Source of the DNA: Octopus sinensis | Lineage: Eukaryota | DNA length: 64,000 nucleotides | Direction: 5' to 3' | NCBI RefSeq assembly: GCF_006345805.1 | Contig: NC_042998.1 | Location: forward strand, 71,052,001-71,116,000 | Part shown: piece by piece, positions 1 to 13,627 of the stretch | How positions within the stretch are numbered: the stretch's first letter is position 1 | Layout: every line of letters begins with the position of its first letter | Made by a program: the position numbers and the translations under genes | Notes under the pieces: generated by a model | Database searches by the model: none | What the model was told of the DNA's origin: nothing | Seen by the model: only the letters and a program-made list of their open reading frames with translations

Positions 1-116
1 CTGGGCTTACAAAGAATAAGTCCTGGGGTCGATTTGCTCGACTAAAGGCGGTGCTCCAGCATGACCGCAGTCAAATGACTGAAACAAGTAAAAGAGAGTA
101 AAGAGAGTAAAGAGAG
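1..116 (+). mobile_element. 3' tail of tRNA-derived SINE, family A (cut by the window start)
   Basis: ...GGCGGTGCTCCAGCATGACCGCAGTCAAATGACTGAAACAAG followed by a short tandem tail (AAAGAGAGT)x3. Near-identical inverted copy at 13806-13942. Confidence 0.85.
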
Positions 117-119
117 TAT

Positions 120-150
<31 letters not shown>

Positions 151-360
151 AATATATGTATATATATATATATAAATATATGTATATATATATAAATATA
201 TGTATATATATATATATATATAGTATATATATATATATGTATATATATATAAATATATGTATATATGTATAAATATATGCATATATATATATATATGTAT
301 ATATATATATGTATATATATATATATAATATAGAATTATATTATATTATATATATATAAT
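117..360. repeat. (TA)n-rich microsatellite
   Basis: Direct reading of the sequence. Confidence 0.95.
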
Positions 361-599
361 ATAGAATTAACTTCAGTGAGAAAAAGAATTAATACTGCAC
401 ATAGGAGATTTCGGAACGGCTTACAAAATATATATTCACCTCTCATACCTCCTATGTTAACGTTTTTCTATAGTACTTTTGAAATAGTTTAGTCAATCAG
501 ATTTTCTGGTTTATAAATTTCACGGACAGACTATATTGCACTTGTTTGTTATTGACTATTACTATGTAGTTCCATGCCGAAGTCAGCAACAGGACCTTT

Positions 600-1180
600 C
601 CGAGATATTAGCACTATTCTCGGCATTCAGAACTAATACATACCCAAAGAAGTCGCACGACTCTCCTGCAACATATCATCAGATAAAAGGTCGAGGCTAT
701 ATGAATAGAAGACTATGCATGGATACTTTTGTTGAAAGCTACGGGATGATAGTAACATAGATCATGAAAGCAATTTATCATGGACCAATAGCGGTTTACT
801 ACTTCTCACTTTAAAGGGTAAGCGTTTGCAACCCAGGAACAGGAAATATCAACCAAATTGGATAGAGATGTAGGAAAATCAGTAAAATGTGACAACCGAT
901 GCAGACTTTGTGGAATTAACAACGAAGATATCATCCACACCATAAGCAGTTGCCCGAAATTGTCATCACGGTATTATCTAACGATGACACATAATATTAT
1001 AACTAGGACAATCTATAATTAAAGCCATCGGAAGTATAAGCCAAGCGACAAAGAAATAAGAACCCATCGTATGGTCGAATCCATAGCCACGCATAACATA
1101 GAGTGGTACTGGTGGAATGTTCCAATGAATACCTCAATAAAATGTAAGCATAACAAATCTGATATAATGATTTGGGATAT
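600..1180 (+). mobile_element. Decayed R4/Dong-type (RLE) non-LTR retrotransposon, C-terminal fragment
   Basis: Manual translation gives AFATQEQEISTK...CDNRCRLCGINNEDIIHTISSCPKLSSRYYL (CCHC knuckle) and WYWWNVPMNTSIKCKHNKSDIMIWD (start of restriction-like endonuclease), with in-frame stops. Confidence 0.8.
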
Positions 1181-1191
1181 ATGTATGCATT

Positions 1192-1607
1192 GAAAAAGTC
1201 AAGGTAGAAAATGCTAAAGTAATTTTATAAAAACATTTCCGTACCGGTTTCAGTCATTGAGACCTTTTCAACTGTTAGTATGGAAAAGAGTTAAATTTTG
1301 AAAAAATTAAAAGAAAAGTTTTTTGAAAGAATATTTGCATAGTATTCAAATACAAGGAGTATTTTCCTTGTTTATACCTGTCTCTGTCTCCCCTGTTTAC
1401 TCTTGTGGGTTCGAGGTCGTTGTGGATTCGAAATCCCCAAAATAAACAAGAGAAACAGAGACAAGCAAAAACAAGGAAAATACCCCTTGTATTTGAATAC
1501 AATTCAGTTCTTTTCCATACTTAAAGTTAAAAATGTCTCAATGACTGAAACCGATACAGAAATGTCTTTTATAAAATTATTTTAGCATCTTCAACCTTGA
1601 CTTTTTC
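1192..1607. repeat. ~415-bp foldback inverted repeat
   Basis: Left arm GAAAAAGTCAAGGTAGAAAATGCTAAAG... matches the reverse complement of ...TTTAGCATCTTCAACCTTGACTTTTTC. Centre near 1410-1435; the left arm carries an extra ~40 bp. Confidence 0.9.
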
Positions 1608-3894
1608 CCCATTCATATCAACTCATGTGTTCCTTTTCAATGTATATATATGTATATATATATACATGTATATATATGTATATATACATATATTGTTATG
1701 AAACTATTTATGTATAGATGCAGGTTTGAACATACGTATTCACCATCGAAAGTTACTATACCTTTGCAAGTGTAAATATGTGTGTTTCGATCGTATATGC
1801 ACGTGTGAACATTTCATGTGTTCGTATTTTAATAAGTGTGAATATGTACTTACTGAGGTCATAAATTCTCGATTGCATGCAGGATCTTATGTACATATGC
1901 AAGCATATACACCTTAGTTATAGATATGTGTATATATGAATATTATATTATAGAGATATGGGTGTGCATCTCTATGTGCATCGGTGGAAGATAATCGGTG
2001 AGTTAGTGAGAAAATACAAAAAAATATCTGTACCTTAGATATAGATATATGAATTCATATAAAGGGATAGATATAGATATATATAGAGAGATAGAGGGAG
2101 GGAGAGAGAAAATGTAATATAATATAATATTATATTAGATTATATATATATATATATACACGGTGAAAGGCATACATGAATGAAGAAGGTAGGAATGAGA
2201 ACAAAAAATTGATACAGAAACAGGTATATACAAGCAGACATTGATAAATACGGAGAGATACTGAGAGTATGTGTGAGAGAAACCAATAGATAAATAGATA
2301 TATAGTGAGAGTTGTAGTTAAAAACAAAGAAATATATAAAGGGGAAGGGAGAAATAGATAAATGCAAAGATATATTGTACATATATAATAAGATACAGAT
2401 ATATAGACAGAGGGAGAGAGAATTAGATATATATACATGAATATATAGTGAATATATAGATAGACAGCTAAAGATACATATACTTACACATGTATACAGT
2501 CAGTCATCCATGAATATATATATATACAGACACATGCACACATATGCATAAATGCTTATATATATATATGTATACATATATGTACACACACAAACACCAG
2601 TGAACACTCACACATATAAACAGGGGAAAAGAAAGCGGAAAGTGGAGGAGCTACAGCACGACGTATAAATATAGGGTAGATGAAAATAGAAGTTGATGTG
2701 AGGGTAGTTAGAGGGAGGGCTAGTGATGTAGAAGAAAGTAATTTATCTTCGCTAACTGAAGTAAAAATAGATTTATAGAAGGACAGTATCAATTTTATTT
2801 ACAGATAGGCGTTCTGTTCATCGATCAAATCATTTTTTCATCTGAAAAAAGTTATGTTTTTTATGTCTTCATTCTCTTATCTTTCTTGCAGGTAGTTATT
2901 TTTTGTTCTTCACACTCAAACGCATAGATATGTGCGTCTATGGCTATATACATACATATACACACACAGAGTCTTACAAGCGCATAACCACTCACGAACA
3001 TATTCTCTCTCCTTCGATCTCTCCCTCTTTCTCTCTGTCTGTCTCTCTCGCACACACATATATACTCACACACAGAAACGTACACGTACACAGATACATA
3101 TTGTACATGTTACCTTTTGGATCTTATTTTGGCAGCAGATAAATATTTCAATGACCAAATTTACAACAAAATATCCCACAAGTATAGAATGTTTTTCAAA
3201 AATATCCCTAGCAAGATGGCCTTCGGGAAAGTTCTCAAGAACACAACACAATCTCCCAGTCGATTCAATAATAAATTATTTCAGGCGGTGATACTTTATC
3301 AAATTTGTTATCCATGCCTCTTCTTGTTGATATTATTTCCTTTTTGGTCTGTTGTGCGCAAGATGAAACCTTTCTATTCGAGAGACGAAAGTTGCTTCAC
3401 CGACTCTTAAAAATACTAATAAAAACGAAGTATGTGAAATCATATTTTATTAACGCAGTAGAAAACATGCACAAATACAAAGGTAGACAGATACAAACAG
3501 CAGGATATTTATGCATACATACGTTAATACATATGAGTGAGTGGAGGGGTGTATGTATGTGTAAGACCTATACATATTAATATAGACGTGACTGTGTGTA
3601 TGTGTAAGAGCTATACATACATACACACACACATATATATATATATGTATACACGTACATACATATATTTGTATGTATATGTATGTAGTTATATATATGA
3701 AACTCACAGTCAAGTATTTCTCCCTGTATATATATATATATATTATATATTAATATATATATACTTATATACATACATACATATATAGATATACATATAG
3801 GTACAATGAGTAAATTGTCGGCAATTAATATTTTTAATTTCGCGCAAGCGCATTGTTTGTTTTTGATTTTGTCGACTACACAGTATAGTAGGGT

Positions 3895-4681
3895 TAGTTG
3901 GGTACCGTCTGTGAGAAAATAGCACCATGACGCAATTTCCCCAGTCAGATATTTGGAAACGACATGCTATACTCCTTGGCATTCGCGCCGGAAGTTCCAA
4001 TATGAACAGAGGCGAACACACAGAACAACCGTTCGCTTGCCGTGTGCCTAAAACATATACTGAAAGTGATAGAAAATCAAACATCAAACATGCCGTAGAT
4101 ATTATGGTGTTTGGATTGATCACTAGTGATGGCTATGTCTCCATTCATCTTCCCATACGGCATCACACTCAACACGGAGGTCTACATCAAGTGCCTGAGG
4201 AGGTAGTGATGCCCTACGTCTAGAGAGTGGGTACTAGAAGACCCTATATCTGGCAACAGGACTCTGCACCATGCCACACAAGTAGGAGAAACCAGTCATG
4301 GCTGTCAGACAATTTCTGCGGCCACATCATACCTAACATCTAGCCACTTATTTCCCCAGACTGCAAACCTCCTGATTATTATGTGTGGGGCGTTGTTGAG
4401 CGAGAGACCAACAAAACTCCTTGTAGCAGCAAAGATGAACTGAAGACAAGGATTATGACAGCATTCGCCAACTTAATCAAGGAGACAGTCCAGAAGAGTT
4501 GCAGGAGATTCCGAAGTTTTCTGGGGGACGTGGTTGAAATCACTGGCGATTTTAATGAATAAATTTACTCTTTAGTATGTGAAGTTATTTTTGTAACTTT
4601 GGTAAATATATCAGTTAAAATGAGATGTCAGTGTCATTTTCATTTTTCCATAATTTAGACGACACGATATTCACCGCACAC

Positions 4682-4683
<2 letters not shown>
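3895..4683 (+). mobile_element. Decayed, internally deleted DD37D (maT-like) Tc1/mariner-superfamily transposon, family 1
   Basis: Translation WQQDSAPCHTSRRNQSWLSDNF...SPDCKPPDYYVWG has 37 residues between the 2nd and 3rd Asp (counted); stops and frameshifts present. Homologous to 20505-21267. Confidence 0.85.
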
Positions 4684-4821
<138 letters not shown>

Positions 4822-6068
4822 ATAGATAGATACATACATGCAAATTTCTTTTGACATGTAAGGTTTCACTTACATTAGATATTAAAAAAACTTTAGCAGC
4901 CTCTGTTGTAATTCAACGAATTTTACAACTTTTAATGGAGATAACCTATATCTTTCATCTCTATTTGTTGTGATGTGATGGAAATGCGCCATTCGACCTG
5001 ATACTATTAGTCACAGGTGTTATGTCCTTTATTTCTAAGGATTCTCATTTATACACAAATAAATGCAACTATCTTAATAATAGCTTATTTCTTGAGCATT
5101 ACATTGAATTTAAAGAGGTAAACGCCTGTACCGCAATCTAAATATGAATACCCAATACATATTCAGAATTTCTAAATATCCTCCGGGCTTAATTAGGAAT
5201 CTTATTGGTGAAATAACTATGAGAAGCTGTGACCTATCCTCGAATAACAACAATTCTCTTTAACAAGGCTGTCTCAGGCTACATCGAAGATATGACTAGA
5301 AGCCGTTTTAACGAGAATCTTGTATATAAGAAGCATCTTTTCATACTACTGAAAAGGAATGCAGCCTTCTTTAATCTTCCATTCAACATGGATATAATCA
5401 GTAGAATAACTAGTAAATTTCTATTTTTTTAGGGCAACATTTTCCGTCGTCATACTCTTACTACAAGCTCCCAACATCAATAACATCAAAGGTGCCTACA
5501 CTTACCGAGGGAAAAAAAATCTATTCTTAGATCCCTCACTACCATTGAAAACTGATACAGCCACAATAGCTAACATATAATTTCAAATATCTTGCAGCCT
5601 TCCCACTCATTTTTACAAAGAAATAATATATTTGAGCATGTTTCACACATCCGGCCAAATTTACAGTATTTATAGGAATTGTCCCCTCAACTGCATTGAA
5701 TTTTTTTATTACGAGTATTTTAATCCCATCCAGGTAAGTGCAAATTTTACAACTATATCTCAATTAGTATGGACATTGGGGGATCGGAGATCTGAAATTG
5801 CTAGTAATTCGCCCAATATTTCGATAACTTCTGAAGCTTGCACTTTATGCCAAAATGAAAAGGTCAAACTAATAAAGTAACAGTGATATCATTTAAGAGA
5901 GACCAAGAGAAATTATCTGGATATCGTAATCGGAGAAAGATTCTGCTAGTCACATTCTATGCACTCAAATCCATGACATACCAACACAAATATTCCTCTA
6001 AAAGATTCAAAATGCGACATCGATTAGCAACACCTCGTCTGTACCGGGAGCATCCTCTTACCCCAGAA

Positions 6069-6230
6069 GGAAAGAAAGAAGGATGAGAGGAAGAAGAAAT
6101 CGTTGTGTTGACATTTATACCACTGTTCAGTTCTTTCAATCCAATGTTTGATTCCTGTGCTAATATGGGTTGGAAAATCTGGATGTAAGATTGTTTTTAT
6201 TTATGTACATGTACATATGTGTAGTGCTGT

Positions 6231-6276
<46 letters not shown>

Positions 6277-6636
6277 AATACAATTTACTTTACAAAATTG
6301 GTCCTTCATCTAGTTCCCTTCTATAAATGCTCAAGGAATGACTACTTCAGGACAAATATGGAAAAATACTTCATAACAAAGTTCTCCCCCAAGTTGAATG
6401 GCTGAAAATATTTGTATAATAATTTTCACCAGATGAAGGACCAATTTTGTATTAAACACACACACACACATACACATAGCACTACACATATGTACATATA
6501 CATAAATAAAAACAATCTTACATCCAGATTTTCCAACCCATATTAGCACAGGGATCAAACATTGGATTGAAAGAACTGAACAGCTGCAAAGATGTCAACA
6601 CAATTATTTCTTCTTCCCCTTTTCCTTCTTTCTTCC
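6069..6636. repeat. Inverted duplication (arms ~6069-6311 and ~6431-6636)
   Basis: The ORF track gives the same peptide MIPVLIWVGKSGCKIVFIYV on both strands. Nucleotide arms are reverse complements, including the (TG)n/(CA)n tract. Confidence 0.92.
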
Positions 6637-7210
6637 CTTCTCTTTTCCATTGACATTCCTTTCAGCTACACAGGCACCCACACACACGCGCGCATATACA
6701 CACACACTCTCACAAAACAATGATAAAAAGAAATCCAGACAATTTTTTTAAACATTTTCCCTCCCTTGAAGTGATCACCTTGGTTTGCCATTTCTAAAAG
6801 CCAAGAATCATTTTATATTGAAAGAACCGACCAGCTGCAAAGTTGTTAACACATTTTTCTTCTTTCTCTCTTCCTTCTTCCTTTCCTTCTCTTTTCCATT
6901 GACATTCCTTTCAGATACAAAAGTACACACACATACATACACATACGTACAAGCACTCTCTCTCACTTTCTCCCCATTCCTCACCCTCTTGTACTAACTT
7001 ATATCTCTCTCCACTCCCTACACACTCAATAATACTATAAAAAGAGACAAAATTCTAGAAAGAGTTCAATCTGACGACTCCACTAGATGTGGATGCAAGC
7101 GCTAATATATGAGATATATGATTTATAAAAACATGACATATTAATAAATATCTGTAAATATAAAACCAACCAGATTTCTGAGTACCTTATTTCTTCTAAT
7201 ATATATATAT

Positions 7211-7242
<32 letters not shown>

Positions 7243-7249
7243 ATCTTTT

Positions 7250-7286
<37 letters not shown>

Positions 7287-7330
7287 AGATTTGTAGAGGT
7301 AACACACGAGTAAGGAGATATTTATGAAGA

Positions 7331-7724
7331 CAAAAACGAAAATGTTACTTTCTTAAAATTGGGTACATTTTAGTTTTCCTTTTACATGTTTCGGGTTTTG
7401 AAAAGCCTTATAAAAAAATATGTGCTAAAATGGAATATGTAAAGAGAAAAGAACTATTTAAAAAATTGAATTAAAATTTAAATTAAGATTAACATTCCTA
7501 GTCATTTGAACTTGTCATGCTACATGAACCAAAGGATATTATAACGTGTTCTTGCAGGAAAAAGAAAGTAAACTGTGAATGTTAACCTTAATTTTTTTAT
7601 AGTTCTTTTCTCTTTACATATTCCTTTTTTGTACATATTTTTGATAAAGTTTTTCAAAACCCGAATCATGTAAAATGAAAATTAAAATGTACCCAATTTT
7701 AAGAAAGTATCATTTTCGTTCTCG
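7331..7724. repeat. Inverted repeat of a Penelope-type terminal sequence (arms 7331-7497 and 7577-7724)
   Basis: ACTTTCTTAAAATTGGGTACATTTTA vs TAAAATGTACCCAATTTTAAGAAAGT. Each arm has a hammerhead-like motif related to the one at 34240-34284. Confidence 0.85.
7636..7677 (+). ncRNA. Degenerate minimal type I hammerhead ribozyme (U3-A8 core); mirror copy at 7376-7420 on minus
   Basis: TATTT-TTGATAA-AGTTTTTCAAAACCC-GAA-TCATGT-A-AAATG. The mirror copy has ACATGT intact but G5 changed to U. Confidence 0.55.
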
Positions 7725-7760
7725 TATATAGAAGAAAAAAGTAGCATTTTCGTTTTTGTA

Positions 7761-7942
7761 TATAGAAGAAAAATGTATATAATTATGAACAAGTCACAAT
7801 TATTACTAAGAGGGTTGAAAACACCTTTACATGTTAGAAATAAAAGCCAAAACCATTATGAAGCCATTATTAACATGCAAAGGTTTTTTCAATCCTCTTA
7901 GTTATAATTGTGACTTGTTCATAATTATATACGTTCTTCTAT
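7761..7942. repeat. ~180-bp hairpin inverted repeat
   Basis: TATAATTATGAACAAGTCACAAT...ACATGTTA pairs with TAACATGC...ATTGTGACTTGTTCATAATTATA; spacer ~34 bp. Confidence 0.9.
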
Positions 7943-8032
7943 TTTATGAATACATGTTTGGCCAATGATATATTCATAAATAATCTTATTTATTAATAAT
8001 ATATTCTTCGTAATGTTTTTATCTTATGCTCT

Positions 8033-8070
<38 letters not shown>

Positions 8071-9206
8071 TCATATATGTATATAATTATACATACGTGC
8101 AAGCATATACACATTTGGCTCATACACACACATATATTTCACTATCTGATATGACTCACGAACAAGATCAATTAATATGCTGTAATATAATAACAGATAA
8201 ACCTACAACGGGTAAACAGACGATTGAGTACGACTGAAATGCTCTGAAATATTTTAACGGTGCATTGACAGTTTAGTGGCTTTGTTTAGGAGGATGGAAG
8301 CAGTGAAAACGGAATTCCATGAAAACTTGAAAAAAAAAACTTTTTTTATCGCACTACGTATTCTTTACATCAACCGATATTGTTTTCCTGTTGATCTAGT
8401 TTGAAGATTAATTGCTTTTCTGCTGGTGCCAATAGCGTCAATATCCAATACGTCGGCAACATTTCCAAACATTGTCAAATTCATATTATTTTCAGCCATG
8501 GATTCCACCGACACCATCACTTTCGCCTTTTTGACACTTAATAGCAACTATTTTGTCGGTTAAAACAAATTTGTTGCTGTTAAATTGTTGCTGTTAAATT
8601 AAACTGGAACTATAAGGATTAATGGCAAATCTTTCTATATTTATTTCATTGTATCTTCAGATTATACCTCAAGGGCTGGTTCAAATGTATCGTAAAACTG
8701 GTAGATTTATAAAGCAAAAATAATTCGTAAATTCTTACAAAATCAAATGCATTATGTCTAGATTCTCGTTTGATAGTTAGTAAGTTTTAATTACATGTAG
8801 ATATGCAAGTGAATATTATATGAACTATGCACCAAACTTAGAGAACTTCGTTTAGTTAAGCGAACGCTATCTTGAATGAATCTATGTTAAAGTTGAAATC
8901 TTCTCATAACGAGATACAAAAGGATATTTCATGAAAAAAATCTCAGTTACAACGCAGTGTGAATTGATGATAACACATGAGAATCTGACATAGTATATTT
9001 ATTTTAAAGAACTTACAATTATATTGAAAACAAATCATTACAACTTTCAACGAATTGATTTCAAGGCAGAACTTTCTTTCATAATTCGGCCATTATCTAC
9101 ACCAAGACACATGCAAATTAACGTAATTGTAATTTATGAAGACACCCCGATTGTATTTTATCTGTATTTATCTCACTTATTTCTGTCTGACCTCAATGTA
9201 TGCGTA

Positions 9207-9249
9207 TACTATATATATATATATATATATATATACTCATATATATATA

Positions 9250-9334
<85 letters not shown>

Positions 9335-9400
9335 CATACATATACATAGATACATACATACACACACACATACATACATACATACATTCACACATACACA
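9207..9400. repeat. (TA)n/(CATA)n microsatellite
   Basis: Direct reading. Confidence 0.95.
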
Positions 9401-9486
9401 CATTGTGAGTTACAGTTAATATGAAAAAATAGTCGGAATATATGTTTACACTCCATCGAGCTGGTTATTGCGTATAAGTGTTGAAA

Positions 9487-9548
9487 ATGTTATCGTTCGT
9501 TTCGCAGCGAATATGCCACATAGGTAATATTCGCCACTCTTCGGACAT
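9487..9548 (-). ncRNA. Candidate type I hammerhead ribozyme (U4C core, 11-bp stem II, disrupted stem III)
   Basis: Minus strand: ATGT-CCGAAGA-GTGGCGAATAT-(12-nt loop)-ATATTCGCTGC-GAA-ACGAACGAT-A-ACAT. Confidence 0.55.
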
Positions 9549-9994
9549 AGTGGCTAGAAGAGCATAGCCTCAGTTATGCTGGGTATACATAGTCATAGTC
9601 TCTAGCTTTGCTCGTGGGTGGTGAAAAACGCAATGGAACGAAACAGTGAAACAATTATAGCATTATACCATTTCTCAAAGATGGTGGCGGGGATATATCT
9701 TGTTGAATGGTGTTAGCCATGGGTGAAGCGTGTAAGCTGTATATGGGAGTACATATACCAATGGCTTGTCCAAACATAGACTCGATCATATCACCAGACC
9801 GATTTTGTACTCATGAAGACAGTATCCGAAAATGTTGCTTTCCGAGATTAGGAAATTACTTCTGTTCTGTGGAATGATATCCGTCTCTGCTGTGTACAGC
9901 TTGCATCTTCCTCTCTGTTTACATATAAACACGTATATGAACGCATTCATATAAACATACGCGCACACACATGCACATTTGTACGCCCCACCCG

Positions 9995-10061
<67 letters not shown>

Positions 10062-10219
10062 TACATATACGTTTATATATATACAATACAATAGAAATAC
10101 AAAATGGCTGACGGTTAGTAAGAGAGACACACAGATAAGAAAGAAGAAAGCAAAGTAATACCAAATATATAATGAGTGTGTTTTTATTGGCTAAACTGGC
10201 AAAATGACCATTCCGAAAT

Positions 10220-10260
<41 letters not shown>

Positions 10261-10559
10261 AACGAATGAACATACATACATAATAGCATACAGACACACT
10301 TCTCTGTACTCTTTAAGTTTACAATTTTTGCTTATGCTGTGTTTTTAAAACTAACTTGCGAGCTATTAGCGCTGCCATATCAACAAGCCCTGTATGAGCA
10401 TATTATTAATATATTCTATCGTATCACATTCTGCTTCAAATTTTTCTAAATAACCACCAACGTTATAAACTTCAAAATAGATTCCAATGTCCTACCTTAC
10501 CCATTGGCACATGATACGGATTATACTGCGGCGTGTATAAAGTGGACGGGAAGCTGGTC

Positions 10560-10690
10560 GACCGTAAGATTTTTGCCAGTTGAATGAACTGAAGGAACAT
10601 AAAATGAAGTCTTTTATCCAAGAACACAACTCGTCGCACGGTCCAGGAATCGAAACTGCAACGTTTACCTTCATGAATGTAAAAGCCTAA
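10560..10690 (-). mobile_element. Decayed tRNA-derived SINE head
   Basis: CCAGGAATCGAAAC is the reverse complement of a B-box-like GTTTCGATTCCTGG; resembles the SINE head at 24900-24993. Confidence 0.45.
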
Positions 10691-11373
10691 ATGTAGAGCA
10701 ACACAACCTCCAAAGACTTATAAATATACTAACACTAAATGACATTAAATGTGTGTTTATGTACATAGTCATCCAGAAATTGACAGTTAGGTAGATCGAA
10801 TGACGTCTGCGTACTAGTTCTAACTTCCGGCGGCGACGTTGTATAGTATAAGTATAGCATAATTTGCAAGCGTGTGTTGGTGAATTTCGTTTCAAACACA
10901 TGAAACCCTTCTATTTTGGAGAAGATATTTGTTTGTATTGAAGTTAATATATGCATCAAACGAATATGCATACTTCTCCATACAGAATGAAGCTGATGTA
11001 AATATGTTTTGTTGTAATCGGTATTGCAGACGACCAATAATCGATACGTTTTTGGTTTGTTCGTCGGTTTATGCTTTCAAATAGTTCTTCCATATTAATA
11101 GTATTTAAGATATGAAAGCCCGCATACAAACATACATACGTACATATATATATATATATATTAATACACACATATACATATATGCGTGTATATATATATG
11201 TATATATATATGCATACATATATATGTGTGTATCTCTCTATATATAGATATTTATATATGTATGTATTAAAATAAACACATATATATGTGTGTACATACA
11301 TATGTATATATGCTTATATATATATGTATGTGTATATATATATATATATAATATATATATATATATGCATAAT

Positions 11374-11414
<41 letters not shown>

Positions 11415-13627
11415 CTACACACACACACGCACACACATATTTATACTCACGTATGTATATATGTTTGTATGTATGTTGTTATATGTATATTTATATGTGT
11501 GCATATAATGATAATTGTCTACTCTGTGTGCTGTGACGAGTGCATTAAGAATTTTTTGTATAATTATTCGGTATATTTCTATTGCTGTTATTTCATTCGC
11601 CTGTAATATGTTATTATTTCCTCAAAATATTTATTAGTACTAATACTATTCTTACTACCACTACTATTAATACTGCTACAAATATCTCTCTTTCAACATA
11701 TTTTTATTCATCATATTTCTCTCTTTTGTCTTTGCTTTCAAACGCAATTAACGACCTCGCCTATAAAGGCGTTTTAGCATTGTTTCTACAAGCTTTCAAC
11801 AGACATTCTATGCGGACATCTACAAAAGAACTCGTTAACAATTCACTAAACTAACTTACGTGATGTTTTCCTTTCTGTCGTCCGCAAGAAAAATGTAAAT
11901 TTACCAGCAAAACAATGTTGTAAATGCATTAAAATTTCAGCATGGAATTTCTCCTTTTCTGACATATTAATTGCACACTGACTGGCAAAAATAACCAACT
12001 TGATGCTTAAATGGAATTTTGTGTCGATTAAAATAAGACGTCTAATAAATTGGATTTACTATATAATACAAACACACACAAATACACACCAGGCACACAT
12101 ATGTATATGCATGTACACACACAGACATACACGTGCATATATATGTACGTATAGATGTACGTTTTACGGGTTTGTTGCTTTTTATCAAATCGAACATTTC
12201 GAGAAACAATTGAAATTTTAAATGTTTTAGATGAGGCGTTGTGTTAGTAAATTGAATAGTTTATAGACCGCTGTCTTGGATGAGAGCTCGTTGCTTTCAG
12301 CTAGATATTTAATGAAACACACCATTGCTGAAGGCAGTAAGATTTCGGATGAAGAAAATTTGACAACTCATTTGCTGGTGTCTGAATATGTGTATGTTTA
12401 AGTACTGCGTATGTGTGTATCTGTGATTGTATATCTATGGATACGTGCTCTTATGTATACATGAATGTATTCAGAAATATATACATATATATACACACAT
12501 TTGTATGTGTATCTCTCACTCTCTGTACGCGCGCGCACACACGCACGAACACACAGATTTTTGTTTGTATGCCAACGTGAGATTTAACAAATTTAAAGGA
12601 TAACCAAAAATCAAATCGACATTCATGTCTAATTAATGTTTTATTTTCGCCACAATTATCGTCTGTTTTTCTTAATTGAATGAAATCTGAAGTGTAAAAT
12701 CAACATTTTCGTGTTTTCTTTGACATAAAAGATTCCCTAATTATTTCACTCTATTCAGTATTCATTATCTGAAATGTTATTTTAATTAAAATTTCCTTCT
12801 CCTTAGTTTTATAACTATCTATGGAAAGAAAGACATATATTTAGTTCACACCACCTTATTTACAAACAATTATTTTTGTTATAGATAACTTTAAACAAGA
12901 TCGATTGAATCTAATAATGAGTCTGTGGATACAGAAAATTAATGAGGTTGGGCACAAAAGTTCAGTGTTCTGCCCTTCCCTAATAGAGAACCCACGACAG
13001 ACTACTCCTACATGCTTTTCATTGTGACGCTTTAGATATATAACATGTCACCAAAGAAAATATCCAAACTTACATATACACAACCTGGAAGTCTTTTGTA
13101 CAAACATGCCTATCGTTTTCGAAAGTCATTAGTGTCTACGGTAAGAAAATTTCGCATATTGATACACCCGGTTGCTTTAAAAGATCTCGTGTATTTCACA
13201 TATTGATATTCAATAAGTTTTTAGGGTAGAGTACACATACGTAGTATAAATCGGAGTAAAGATTAAAGAGGATAAATCATGTTGCCTTTTTACATCGGTG
13301 GGCAATAAAATTATATAGAAACACAAAAAGACAACTCAGATCAAACCATATATACATGTATACGTAGTCACACTAACTCATACACATATGCACCCACGCG
13401 CACACACATATGTTGGTGTGAGTGTATGTGCGTTTGTAAAAGTAATGAACAATAAAAAGAAAAAGAAAACGGAACAAAGATTAACAAAAAAGATATTAGT
13501 AGTGACATAGAACAGTCACTTTGATGTGGCGATTAACTTTACTTCTGTGAATAGTTAACGCTCTCATCTCTTGAGATTTTACCAGCCACTATACACATGT
13601 TTTCTCTCCTTGTTTCTTTCTGTGTTC

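Noticed and set aside
5598-5733. Possible exon (CAG...CAG|GTAAGT, one open frame)
   Set aside because: Unrecognisable peptide and no partner exons; needs RNA-seq.
7073-7110. Hammerhead-like CTGACGA-CTCCAC-TAGAT-GTGGAT-GCAA
   Set aside because: GAAA is changed to GCAA, the closing pair is lost and there is no convincing stem I; at most a relic.
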